Of a stretch of 64,000 nucleotides of DNA, positions 36,879-45,480 are shown in pieces. How positions within the stretch are numbered: the first letter of the stretch is position 1; every line of letters begins with the position of its first letter. The stretch spans positions 32,001 to 96,000 of the IMG/VR virus record IMGVR_UViG_3300046463_000548; one strand, 5' to 3'. Both the position numbers and the translations under genes were made by a program. The notes beneath the pieces are model-generated. The model worked only from the letters and a program-made list of their open reading frames with translations. It had not been told where the DNA came from and did not search any database. The DNA is from a virus.

Positions 36879-37288
36879 AGGTATCTGAATTGACCGGCGC
36901 AACGCTGGACTACTGGGTCGCCCGAGCCGAGGGCTTCAAGCAAGCCGATGGGCATTCTGACCCGATGACGTTGCAGTTTCCTGCCGGAAGCCTGTACGAT
37001 TTCCAGTTCGGCTACACAGCGCCACCGTTTTCGAGCGCCTGGCGATATGGTGGCCCGATCATTCAGCGCGAGAACATCGGCTTTCGTCGCGAGCGCGGAC
37101 TGGACGGTAGTGAGTATTGGGCCGCAGTGGTTGACCAGTTGTATCTGCATGAGCAGGACATCTATCAGGGCGGCGCTAATGAGTTCGGCCCTACACAGCT
37201 AATTGCCGCGATGCGTGCTTGGGTCAAAAGCAAGTTTGGTGAGACCGTCCACCTGGACACACAAGGGGAAGTGACGCCCACTGACTGA
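36875..37288 (+). CDS. NinX-family (DUF2591) protein
   Basis: MKVSELTGATLDYWVARAEG...FSSAWRYGGPIIQRENI...GPTQLIAAMRA. Confidence 0.85.
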   Translation: MKVSELTGATLDYWVARAEGFKQADGHSDPMTLQFPAGSLYDFQFGYTAPPFSSAWRYGGPIIQRENIGFRRERGLDGSEYWAAVVDQLYLHEQDIYQGGANEFGPTQLIAAMRAWVKSKFGETVHLDTQGEVTPTD

Positions 37289-37355
37289 TGCAAACTGCAT
37301 ATGTCCATGCTGTGATTTACAATTCGACGTTGCGAAAAACTACAGAGAATAAGAA

Positions 37356-37577
37356 ATGCTGTTCTTTCGGGATCGAAAAAAGGGTACCGGCGACATACCG
37401 GTAGTAAGACAGTTCTCGCGCCACGGCAACGACACGCTAGTACGCTGCCCGTTCTGCGCGGAGCCCACGGTTATTGAAGGCCCTGACAGGCACGTTTTCG
37501 GCAAGAGCCTGGTGCATGGCTGCGGCCATTCATTCATCGTGGCACGGGACGCAGAATATGACCCGTCGATAGAGTGA
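37356..37577 (+). CDS. Small zinc-ribbon protein
   Basis: CPFC...HGCGH. Confidence 0.55.
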   Translation: MLFFRDRKKGTGDIPVVRQFSRHGNDTLVRCPFCAEPTVIEGPDRHVFGKSLVHGCGHSFIVARDAEYDPSIE

Positions 37578-37708
37578 TGCTGCTGCTGTAGCACGACACC
37601 TAGTGGGTTGGTTGAAGACTGGGGTGACAAACAGTTGAGCATCGGCAGCACAGCCAGAGCGAATGTGCATGGGCCGCAAACAATGCAGTCAAGCAAGGAT
37701 AGAACAGA

Positions 37709-38527
37709 ATGACAAAGGTGTCTCACGCGCCTCATGGGCTGGAAGCGTTTCAATGGCCGAAGCTGCCGGATTTACCGGCTCCGGAGAAGGTCGAGCTAAA
37801 AGGGCCATCGTTCGCGCACGCGCAACCGATCAACTACTTTACCGAGCATCAGATGCAAGGCTATGCAAACGCGTACGGCGAAGCTGTTCGTGCTGCCGTC
37901 ACGGCCGACAAGCTGGCGGTGCAAGAGGTGATGGGTTTCGATGAATTCTGGCGGATGCTTGCAGCGAAAGGCTACAGGTGCGATTTCGATAGAGTGGACA
38001 GTGCTTATTTCGGATACAAGTTGGCTATCGAACTTGCCGCGCAGTCTGCTGAGCACGACACAACTCCGCAAGACCGGGCAGGGTGGATTGATGCGAACGT
38101 GTCTGGAAATCCAACGCTGCTACAGGCCATGAAAAACATTGCGAACGCCGCTCCCGATAATGGCGCAGGCGATCACACGACAGCACAGCCGGTGCAGAGT
38201 GAGCAGGCGCGGACATCGGAGAACCTCATGGAAATGACCAATGAGACTTTGAAAGGCATGCGCGCGTTGCTGTCGAGACGCGCTAGTGCAGTTCAAGTGC
38301 TGCGCGAGCGGCTTGCCCAATCCAAGCAAGCCCTGACGACGCTATCAGCGATGAAGGGCGCGGAGCTTTTGCCTCTGATCGACGCGTACGGAGCAGCCGA
38401 GCGCCGGTTTGGTTACTACGAAGGGTCTGGCGAGGTCTTTAATGATGCGGTCAAGAGAGCAGAGGCACAATTGAACGGAATTCGCGCACGGGCCAGGGAG
38501 AAAACAGGCAATGGCAAAGTTGAATGA
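37709..38527 (+). CDS. Mosaic hypothetical protein
   Basis: 272-aa ORF; YFTEHQMQGYA motif. Confidence 0.6.
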   Translation: MTKVSHAPHGLEAFQWPKLPDLPAPEKVELKGPSFAHAQPINYFTEHQMQGYANAYGEAVRAAVTADKLAVQEVMGFDEFWRMLAAKGYRCDFDRVDSAYFGYKLAIELAAQSAEHDTTPQDRAGWIDANVSGNPTLLQAMKNIANAAPDNGAGDHTTAQPVQSEQARTSENLMEMTNETLKGMRALLSRRASAVQVLRERLAQSKQALTTLSAMKGAELLPLIDAYGAAERRFGYYEGSGEVFNDAVKRAEAQLNGIRARAREKTGNGKVE

Positions 38528-38876
38528 GGAAGCAAAAAAGCTGCTGGAAGATGCAACGGTGGAGCGGGCGGATTGGAGTGACCGAGAGTTGAACATCCAT
38601 CCAGATTTTGCGGCTGACTATCGCTCGTTTCTGAAAACATGGAGCAATCAGACGCCAACGGAAGACATGAAGTCGCTGTGCTTCTACTACTTCCGTATGG
38701 GATCAATCAGCGCCGCACTCACCCACGAAAAGAGCTTGCCACTGAGCGTGGAACAAAAAGCCGCTCTCGATCTGGCGGTGCTGAATCTCAAGACTCACGG
38801 CGATGATCAGTTGCTGGCTGCGGTAAAGCCGATCATCGAGTATTTGCAACGCGTTTCGCAAGCGCCAAGTATTTAA
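38511..38876 (+). CDS. Hypothetical protein
   Basis: GGGAG upstream; overlaps the previous gene. Confidence 0.6.
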   Translation: MAKLNEEAKKLLEDATVERADWSDRELNIHPDFAADYRSFLKTWSNQTPTEDMKSLCFYYFRMGSISAALTHEKSLPLSVEQKAALDLAVLNLKTHGDDQLLAAVKPIIEYLQRVSQAPSI

Positions 38877-38929
38877 CGAAGCAGCAAACAAACCGCAGTA
38901 GAACTAAAACCAAACCACGAGAGACCATC

Positions 38930-39133
38930 ATGTTGAGCAAAATCGCAACGCTGTTGAAAAAGGTTCTGTCCGCAACGAAGCGCCCGGAACTTCCGGAAGA
39001 CCACACCTGGAGTCAGGCGTCGATGACTGCTCAACGTGCCAAGGGCGAGATAGAAGCCCTGCGTCAGGAGTCAGGCAATCGAGCGGCCCCGGCCGATGGC
39101 GCACAAGGTCTGACCGACAGCGCTTCGGCCTGA
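38930..39133 (+). CDS. Hypothetical protein
   Basis: 67-aa ORF. Confidence 0.5.
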   Translation: MLSKIATLLKKVLSATKRPELPEDHTWSQASMTAQRAKGEIEALRQESGNRAAPADGAQGLTDSASA

Positions 39134-39150
39134 CGCAAAGGGGGCCGCAC

Positions 39151-39477
39151 ATGCTGCTGCTACTGCTGAAGCTGATAGCCAGGGCTCTTAGGCGAGCCCC
39201 CGATCCGAGGGCGACACGCCGCGCGCAGTGGGCGGCAGTCAAGTCCACGGCCCACATAACGCGCGATCCTGCGCTGATAGCGGCGATTGCAGACGCGGAA
39301 CAACGCGCTAACGAAGCGCTCAGGGAAACGTATGGCTCCGCTGCTATCGCACACCCCACGCCCAAGCAGGCAGATGAACTGTGCGGGCTGGCACTGCGTC
39401 TTGTCTCCGATACAGACGGGTACATCGTAACGAAGAATAGTGAGGATCAACATGTCGGATTGGATTCCCGTAGCTGA
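39151..39477 (+). CDS. Hypothetical protein
   Basis: AAGGGGG RBS. Confidence 0.5.
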   Translation: MLLLLLKLIARALRRAPDPRATRRAQWAAVKSTAHITRDPALIAAIADAEQRANEALRETYGSAAIAHPTPKQADELCGLALRLVSDTDGYIVTKNSEDQHVGLDSRS

Positions 39478-39637
39478 CGCGAAAGTAGACGGCCAACAGT
39501 GCGCCCTGAGGTTCCGTGATCGGTTGGCTTCGTATGAAATCGAAGGCCCGTTCGTTTTGCACGATGACGGCCAATGGTACCGGATCGACCCACCATCGCA
39601 ACTAACGGTCAAGCCGACGCACTTCCGCCTGCTGTAA
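39452..39637 (+). CDS. DUF551-like small protein
   Basis: MSDWIPV...PTHF; GAGGA RBS. Confidence 0.6.
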   Translation: MSDWIPVADAKVDGQQCALRFRDRLASYEIEGPFVLHDDGQWYRIDPPSQLTVKPTHFRLL

Positions 39638-39639
39638 GC

Positions 39640-39700
39640 GTACACACCGGGATTTACACAACCCGAAAAACGGTCTATAGTACATACGTCGTACACACAC
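39640..39700 (+). promoter_or_regulatory. vapBC promoter with probable operator repeats
   Basis: TTTACA(39653)-17 bp-TATAGT(39676), flanked by GTACACAC/GTACATAC repeats. Confidence 0.65.
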
Positions 39701-39717
39701 GATGTGAGGAACAACGA

Positions 39718-39954
39718 ATGACCACTACACGGGTTTTCAAGAACGGCAACAGTCAGGCCGTTCGTATCCCTGCTGAGCTTGCATATGACCGTACGGATAT
39801 CGATCTTGAAATCGAGCGCGTAGGGGACGAGATTCGCATTCGACCGATTGCCCGACCGCTGACCGGAGTGCTCAGGAAATTCGCGAAGTTCGGTGCAGAT
39901 TTCATGAGCGAGGGGCGCGGTGATCAGGAGCAGACTGAGCGGGAGGGTCTCTGA
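39718..39954 (+). CDS. vapB: VapB antitoxin (AbrB/MazE fold)
   Basis: MTTTRVFKNGNSQAVRIPAEL...EIERVGDEIRIRP. Confidence 0.93.
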   Translation: MTTTRVFKNGNSQAVRIPAELAYDRTDIDLEIERVGDEIRIRPIARPLTGVLRKFAKFGADFMSEGRGDQEQTEREGL

Positions 39955-40361
39955 TGCCCCGCTACATGCTCGATACCAACATGTGCATCTACCTGATGAA
40001 GAATCAGCCTGAGCAGGTAGCCAAGCGGTTTGCGCAATGTGTCGTGGGCGATGTGGTGATGTCTGCCATCACGTACGCAGAGCTTGAATACGGCGTGGCT
40101 GTTTGCGAAAACCCTGCACGCGAGCGGCGTAATCTTTCATCGCTGATCGAGGACATTCCGGTCGTTCCGTTTGATGCACCGGCCGCCGTTGCGTACGGGC
40201 CGATTCGGCAAGCCACCCGCGACAAGAAAAAGGACCATCTGGACAAGCTCATAGCAGCGCACGCGGTTTCCCTTGACGTTCTGCTGGTCACGAACAACAC
40301 AAAGGACTTCGTGCAGTATCCGGGCGTCCGTCTGGAAAACTGGCTTGATGAAAGCCACTGA
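39954..40361 (+). CDS. vapC: VapC PIN-domain toxin
   Basis: YMLDTNMCIY...ELEYG...DKLIAAHA...LVTNNTKDF; 1-nt overlap with vapB. Confidence 0.95.
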   Translation: MPRYMLDTNMCIYLMKNQPEQVAKRFAQCVVGDVVMSAITYAELEYGVAVCENPARERRNLSSLIEDIPVVPFDAPAAVAYGPIRQATRDKKKDHLDKLIAAHAVSLDVLLVTNNTKDFVQYPGVRLENWLDESH

Positions 40362-40373
40362 TCAGGGGTTCCT

Positions 40374-40742
40374 GTGGTTAATCTGAATGCGCTGTTCAAG
40401 CTGAAGAAGCCGTGTGAAAACTGCCCGTTCCGCAAGGTCGGAGCAATCCAACTGCGGCCGGGTCGTGTGGAAGCAATCGTTGACGGCTTGATTCGAAACG
40501 ATCAGTCCACGTTCCATTGTCACAAGACTGTGCATGGGCCGAAGGGTGGCGGTGACGGCGAACTGACGGGCGAAGAAAGCTACTGCACGGGCTCTATGAT
40601 CTACTTGCAGAAGATCGGCCAGCCGAACGTGGCGATGCGTATGGGTGCCGGGTTGAAGATGTTCAAGCCTGACGATCTGGCTGCTCAGTACGATGTCGTG
40701 CTCGATGAGATTCCAATCAACCACGAAACAGACGATGACTGA
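40374..40742 (+). CDS. Cys/His-rich hypothetical protein
   Basis: PCENCPFR...FHCHKT...CTG. Confidence 0.65.
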   Translation: MVNLNALFKLKKPCENCPFRKVGAIQLRPGRVEAIVDGLIRNDQSTFHCHKTVHGPKGGGDGELTGEESYCTGSMIYLQKIGQPNVAMRMGAGLKMFKPDDLAAQYDVVLDEIPINHETDDD

Positions 40743-41268
40743 ACACGATGACGATCTGACACAATGGGCAATCGAGCAGGCTTCAGCGCTGCGTTCGGGC
40801 CGTGTGTCTGAACTCGATCTGACCAATCTGGCGGATCAAATGGAAGGCTTGGCAAACACCGAAAAGAGCGCGGTCGAAGGACTTCTGGGAAGCCTGCTGG
40901 TGCAGTTGCTGAGACACGAGTTCCACTGGTCCCGCAGAGACAACGGGACGCGCGCAGCAGTGCAGGTAGCTCGTATGCGCCTGCTCAGGAAAACCAGCGC
41001 TCGCTCCCTATCCAAGCATATGCGGGACGAACTGGAAAAGGGTGAGGTGTACAAGCTTGCGCGGCTCAGTGCAGTGGTCCTAACCCGTTTGCCGCCTACG
41101 ATGTTTCCTGAAAAGTGTCCGTACACGCTGGAGCAGGTGCTGGACGAATCGTTCATACCGGAGTCGGGGTACCCGCTCAATCGTAGCGCCCCACTGGCGG
41201 CCGGTCCGACGCATCGAACCAGTAAGCGCGCAAAGAACCCAGCCAAGCAATCTAACCCAGAAAACTGA
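40735..41268 (+). CDS. DUF29-family protein
   Basis: HDDDLTQWAIEQASALRSGR..ELDLTNL...FPEKCPYTLEQVLD. Confidence 0.85.
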   Translation: MTEHDDDLTQWAIEQASALRSGRVSELDLTNLADQMEGLANTEKSAVEGLLGSLLVQLLRHEFHWSRRDNGTRAAVQVARMRLLRKTSARSLSKHMRDELEKGEVYKLARLSAVVLTRLPPTMFPEKCPYTLEQVLDESFIPESGYPLNRSAPLAAGPTHRTSKRAKNPAKQSNPEN

Positions 41269-41369
41269 GCCCGGAACCGCATCGTAGCATCGATTTTTAC
41301 TGTGATTTTTACAGAGGAATCGGGGCTAAAATGTGCCCTGAATGGGTTTGTACTCCAGAGTAGAAAAGA

Positions 41370-41996
41370 ATGAAAGTCATACTGCAAGCAGACGCCCGCT
41401 TCGATCTAAAGCTGACCGAAGCGCATGTTGAGCTATTGGTCCTGTACGCGTCCAGACACTACGATGCGAAGTGTCGCAGCACAGCGGTATCGATTCAGAA
41501 TCAGCATCATCCGTTCGAGGGTCTGCTCGTTGGATGGCGTAATACTCTCAACTTCTGGGCAGACAGCGGGAGCCCAGAGAAAAGCTACGTGACTGCCACC
41601 AGTTCGCAGATCGATCTGCTGCGAAAGGTTTTGGAGTTCCGCCAACCAGGCACGACGCCTGAGCAAGAAGCGCTCAGGTCCGAACTCCAGGATGTATTTG
41701 CGGACTGCTATCGTAAGTGGAACAACTTATATGATCAGTGGCGCGTAGAGTGGGATTCAGGCGCACAAAACGGCACTAAAGCGTGGACGGACTACCCGTT
41801 CACCGAACTGGGCGACACCCCGCACCAGAGGGCACCGATCCGCGAAGTCCGGGTGATCAGCTACGACGGGAACAAATACTGCAATGTCGAGGTCGCAGGT
41901 ATCCAGTCTTCGGTGAAGCTCGGCTACCTGTACACGGAGCCGGGGCGCTGCGGTGAAGTGCCGAAGCTGGACAGTAGACAAATTCGGAGGAATTGA
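41370..41996 (+). CDS. Two-domain hypothetical protein
   Basis: C-terminal AWTDYPFTELGD...YDGNKYC...KLGYLY module. Confidence 0.65.
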   Translation: MKVILQADARFDLKLTEAHVELLVLYASRHYDAKCRSTAVSIQNQHHPFEGLLVGWRNTLNFWADSGSPEKSYVTATSSQIDLLRKVLEFRQPGTTPEQEALRSELQDVFADCYRKWNNLYDQWRVEWDSGAQNGTKAWTDYPFTELGDTPHQRAPIREVRVISYDGNKYCNVEVAGIQSSVKLGYLYTEPGRCGEVPKLDSRQIRRN

Positions 41997-41997
41997 A

Positions 41998-42207
41998 GTG
42001 TCGTTAAGCCAGCAAGACCTGAACACTCTCGCTCAGTTGCATACGCTACGTGCGGCAGAAAAAGACGCAATCGACAAGGCGCTCAGGGCAGCAGTGCAGG
42101 AGATAGAAGCAGCCAATTTCGTAACGCTCGGAGACTCCCACCTTGCGGCCCTACAGGCAGCGCTGACCAGGTATTTCCTCGCGTCGAATCCGGACATCTT
42201 GCCGTAG
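41998..42207 (+). CDS. Hypothetical protein
   Basis: GGAGG RBS, GTG start. Confidence 0.6.
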   Translation: MSLSQQDLNTLAQLHTLRAAEKDAIDKALRAAVQEIEAANFVTLGDSHLAALQAALTRYFLASNPDILP

Positions 42208-42231
42208 CTGCAACACCCGTCAGGCCCAAAG

Positions 42232-42272
42232 AAAAAGCCCCCGAATCCAATACAGGAGACGGGGGCTTTTTT
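42232..42272. terminator. Bidirectional intrinsic terminator
   Basis: AAAAAGCCCCCG...CGGGGGCTTTTTT between convergent gene arrays. Confidence 0.8.
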
Positions 42273-42276
42273 GTTG

Positions 42277-42786
42277 CTAGTTGGTCGCTTCCGCTTTCAA
42301 CTGAGGGCCGAACGACAGGGGCAGCGGGTCGGCTGCTAGCTCGGTGTTTTTCTGCTCGACCCACAAGCGTAGCTGCGCGGTGTTAGGTGCATCGTAGGAC
42401 AGCGTGAGATGCGCACGGTAGTCCGGGAACGAGTGCTGCAACCCTTCACCCAGCAACTCGGAGTGCAGCCGCTGTAGGTCCGGAGAATCGAGATAGGCAA
42501 CGAGCACCGGCCGCTGCTTGTGATCGAGCCACACCTGCAGGCTAGTCACCGATCCTTTGCACACGCGATCTGCTGGCGGCTTTACACCGAACGGAAGATC
42601 ATGCTTGTGGTAAAGCACAGTCACGTGAAAATCCGTGGAGTGGTTCGGCTTGAACGGCGCACCCGACAGAAAGTTGCCAAGACTCAGGATCGACTGCTCA
42701 TCCGGATCGGCCCACACGTAGAGTCCGGAGCCCGAATCAGCCTCCCGGATTTGATCGTAGAGAATCTGCGCTTCTATCTTGAACAT
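42277..42786 (-). CDS. acb1: Acb1 / T4 gp57B-like 2H phosphoesterase (anti-CBASS nuclease)
   Basis: GLYV N-terminal motif, HVTVLY and HLTLSY HxT pair, LQVW...VLVAYLDS..L..LH...G..HSFPDY..H pattern as recalled for T4 57B. Confidence 0.8.
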   Translation of the reverse strand: MFKIEAQILYDQIREADSGSGLYVWADPDEQSILSLGNFLSGAPFKPNHSTDFHVTVLYHKHDLPFGVKPPADRVCKGSVTSLQVWLDHKQRPVLVAYLDSPDLQRLHSELLGEGLQHSFPDYRAHLTLSYDAPNTAQLRLWVEQKNTELAADPLPLSFGPQLKAEATN

Positions 42787-42898
42787 ACACTACCTTCATT
42801 GTTTATAGGGCTACCCGGATAGCATCGACCGTGAGCGCTGACTTTTGTGTTGATCGGTGTACGCTATCGCTTGCTGTCGTTTGGAACCCGCTATGCAG

Positions 42899-43465
42899 TC
42901 AACTCCATTTGATCGACATGATTTCATCGATGTCCTTTGCTGAAGCCAACTTGGCCTTTAGCTTTGAACGCGTCTGGAAAGCCTCCCACCCTTGTGCGGT
43001 TATGGCTGCGTTTAAGCCCTGAATATCTTTCAGTGTGAAGGGAACCGGGGTGTTATCTGACGATATCCAGTAGAACCCGCTGGGAGTTTCGCCTAGGATG
43101 GAATACGATTGCGCTGCTCTTGCAACAGATGCCGCACTTTCTGCATCAGCCTCAAACTTCTTGGTCACACCCCCCTCTGTAGTGAAGGAGATGTCGCTGA
43201 CCACAGCGGAGTTGTAAGAAGCAGTTATCGTCCTCTTCTGTGCTCCGCGTGCCTGCGACAACAGGAATTCAGGCGAGGGCGGAGATAGCTTGTCGTCATT
43301 TACTGTCCAGCCGCCTTGCACCGCGAGACAGGCTTGCCATTCGTCATGGCTCAGGGCAATCGCTTCTACGCCTTCTGGCACTGGACTGTCAGTGCTATCG
43401 TAGAAGGCAACGATAACCCCATTCTTATCATATGCTGCGTACTTCTGACCCATGTCGGTCTCCAT
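42899..43465 (-). CDS. Tail fibre assembly protein (DUF4376-like)
   Basis: Follows the fibre gene; FYD...P...WQACL; WISSDNTPVPFT. Confidence 0.75.
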   Translation of the reverse strand: METDMGQKYAAYDKNGVIVAFYDSTDSPVPEGVEAIALSHDEWQACLAVQGGWTVNDDKLSPPSPEFLLSQARGAQKRTITASYNSAVVSDISFTTEGGVTKKFEADAESAASVARAAQSYSILGETPSGFYWISSDNTPVPFTLKDIQGLNAAITAQGWEAFQTRSKLKAKLASAKDIDEIMSIKWS

Positions 43466-45084
43466 TAATAGCCTATTGCGAGCCAGTTAGCACCTTTCTG
43501 ATCGGCTCCGATAACAGCGGACGAATTTGTGAAACTCACAACTCCGCTGTAGTTGTTGTTGGCAACGTTTCCGGGGCCAAACAAAGAGACGCTGTTTAAT
43601 ACCCTCAAGCAAGCGTTAGGGAACGTAATAGGGAAATTAACGGTGGGGAACGTTTGATTGCCGGGGGTGGTGCCCCACTGGAGAATTAGTCCATCTGGTA
43701 AAACGTCATACCCGTTCCCTGCGAACAGCGTGCCGCTACCTAGTTTTCCGCGCATTGAAAACGGGAACCAGTCCGTCCAGTTAGCACCGTTGTTGTAGCC
43801 TTGTCGCCAGTACGGGGGATACCCACCGACACCGTGACTGTCGCCACCGCCTGTATTCCACGGATACGCGATCTGCGTGATGTCTGAGCCGTGCGCGCCG
43901 GACACACCGTCACCGATGTTGTGAACCCAGATGTTGCAGTTCCAGTTGATCGGCATGTTGGCAGGTAGGTTGCCCGAAGTCGCAATGTACAGCCCAGATG
44001 CAAGCGCGTTGCTGTTCAGATCGTCCGCACTGGTCAGTTGGCGTCCGCTGCTCGTTGACGGGCTCTGAAGCATGCCGACCGCTTGAATCACGCCCGGTTG
44101 CGGCATGTACAGGCCGGAACCACCGTACGCGAGACCAGGTGTGCCCACAGTGGCGAGAGGCGCGCTCGGAGGCGGGTCGATGATCTGCGAGTAGTAAATC
44201 TTCAGTCCCGATTGCGTGGACGAATACAGACGGCAGTGGCTACCAACAGCCGGTGAATTCAGCAGCGGGATATTGCTGTACGTGCCATCGTTCGTCACGT
44301 TCAGATTGAACCGGTAGTTAGCGCCTGACGTAACGATGCTCGACACTGACCGGAAAAATCCGTCCGGTGTTTCGAGGACCCACTGACGATTAGCAGATGC
44401 GAGCGCAGCAGGCGTGAACAGGGCCGGTGAAAACTCAACCCATGTCGTGGACGAGTTCAGGACCGGTGCCGCGTTGTTTACCTGATAGTAGGTCGTGCCC
44501 AGTGTCCACGCTGAGTCACTCGAATTTTGCAGGAGCGACGAATCACCTGAGGGGCTTAGCTCGCGCACAACGTACAGCGGAACATCGGGGTTAGCCGATA
44601 CACCGGGCGGGTACACGTCGGACCACTGGTAGATGTCCAAGACCGCAGGAGGTGCACTGACTGTGTCGATCTGGAACACGGCGACCGACTGCTCCAACTT
44701 CAAAAGGCAGTTGAACGTGTAGCTCGTTACGACGTTCGTGCCCAAGCTCGAATACTTCGTTTGCGGCTCGTCAAACACACCCTTTGCAAACATCACACCG
44801 CCATCCAGATACAGCGCGACTTCACCGAACTGGAAAGGACCGGCAGCGACCGGAATCTGACAGATGATGTTGAGCGTGTTGTTGCCGATGTATTCGTAAC
44901 TCGTTGGCACACCTGTGAAAAGCAGGTTGCCATTCAGACCGGCATCAGTGCGTTGCGGATCGTAGCCATAGGCCGATCCAACTTCAAAGCTGGTGATGTG
45001 AACGTAGGGACCTTCAGGCATCGCGGTTGACGCGACAGCAAGCCCCGCATTGGTGATCACCAGAAGTGGTGTGCCGTTACTCAT
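43465..45084 (-). CDS. Tail fibre protein E
   Basis: Same N-terminal anchor as fibres A and B; C-terminal LPDGLILQWG...FPITFPNAC...WLAIGY. Confidence 0.88.
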   Translation of the reverse strand: MSNGTPLLVITNAGLAVASTAMPEGPYVHITSFEVGSAYGYDPQRTDAGLNGNLLFTGVPTSYEYIGNNTLNIICQIPVAAGPFQFGEVALYLDGGVMFAKGVFDEPQTKYSSLGTNVVTSYTFNCLLKLEQSVAVFQIDTVSAPPAVLDIYQWSDVYPPGVSANPDVPLYVVRELSPSGDSSLLQNSSDSAWTLGTTYYQVNNAAPVLNSSTTWVEFSPALFTPAALASANRQWVLETPDGFFRSVSSIVTSGANYRFNLNVTNDGTYSNIPLLNSPAVGSHCRLYSSTQSGLKIYYSQIIDPPPSAPLATVGTPGLAYGGSGLYMPQPGVIQAVGMLQSPSTSSGRQLTSADDLNSNALASGLYIATSGNLPANMPINWNCNIWVHNIGDGVSGAHGSDITQIAYPWNTGGGDSHGVGGYPPYWRQGYNNGANWTDWFPFSMRGKLGSGTLFAGNGYDVLPDGLILQWGTTPGNQTFPTVNFPITFPNACLRVLNSVSLFGPGNVANNNYSGVVSFTNSSAVIGADQKGANWLAIGY

Positions 45085-45139
45085 TTACATACCTCTGTTA
45101 ATGATTGAAGTGCGGGCTCTCGCATTAGTGGTTTACCCG

Positions 45140-45152
45140 CAAAATGTTGATA
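45140..45152 (-). promoter_or_regulatory. IHF-binding site
   Basis: TATCAACATTTTG matches the consensus WATCAANNNNTTR. Confidence 0.55.
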
Positions 45153-45480
45153 AAATCCATTATGTCAAGTTCTGCTGCAACGCACCAAATGAATGAAATC
45201 AAATACATAGGTCAAGTAGCTGACCCTTTAATGAGTAAAAAGCGACAAAACAACACTTATTGCGTGCCCAGGCAACCAATATGCAATTGTTTTTCTGTGC
45301 AGCTATTGACAGTTTGTGCAACCCGTGCAGGTGCGAGTCATCGATGTCGAATCGAGCGGAAAAAGTTATCCACACGGCACTCAAGCCGCGTAGTTATCCA
45401 CGTGCAGGGGAGTTGTTCACAATGCGTGAGGCTTATCCAACGCTTCGCGACTTATGCACAGCGTTGGAGCGTTATGCGTA
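45140..45480. other. oriC/datA-like locus: IHF site, AT-rich tract and DnaA-box array
   Basis: TTATCCACA 45366, TTATCCACG 45394, TTGTTCACA 45413, TTATCCAAC 45433, TTATGCACA 45452, TTATGCGTA 45472; all in the same orientation. Confidence 0.7.

Noticed and set aside
8080-45084. Invertible tail-fibre switch
   Set aside because: No recombinase gene or flanking inverted recombination sites were found; each fibre gene is complete
45360-45480. CRISPR mini-array or plasmid iterons
   Set aside because: The repeated unit is only a 9-mer matching the DnaA box and the intervening sequences are unrelated and too short for spacers
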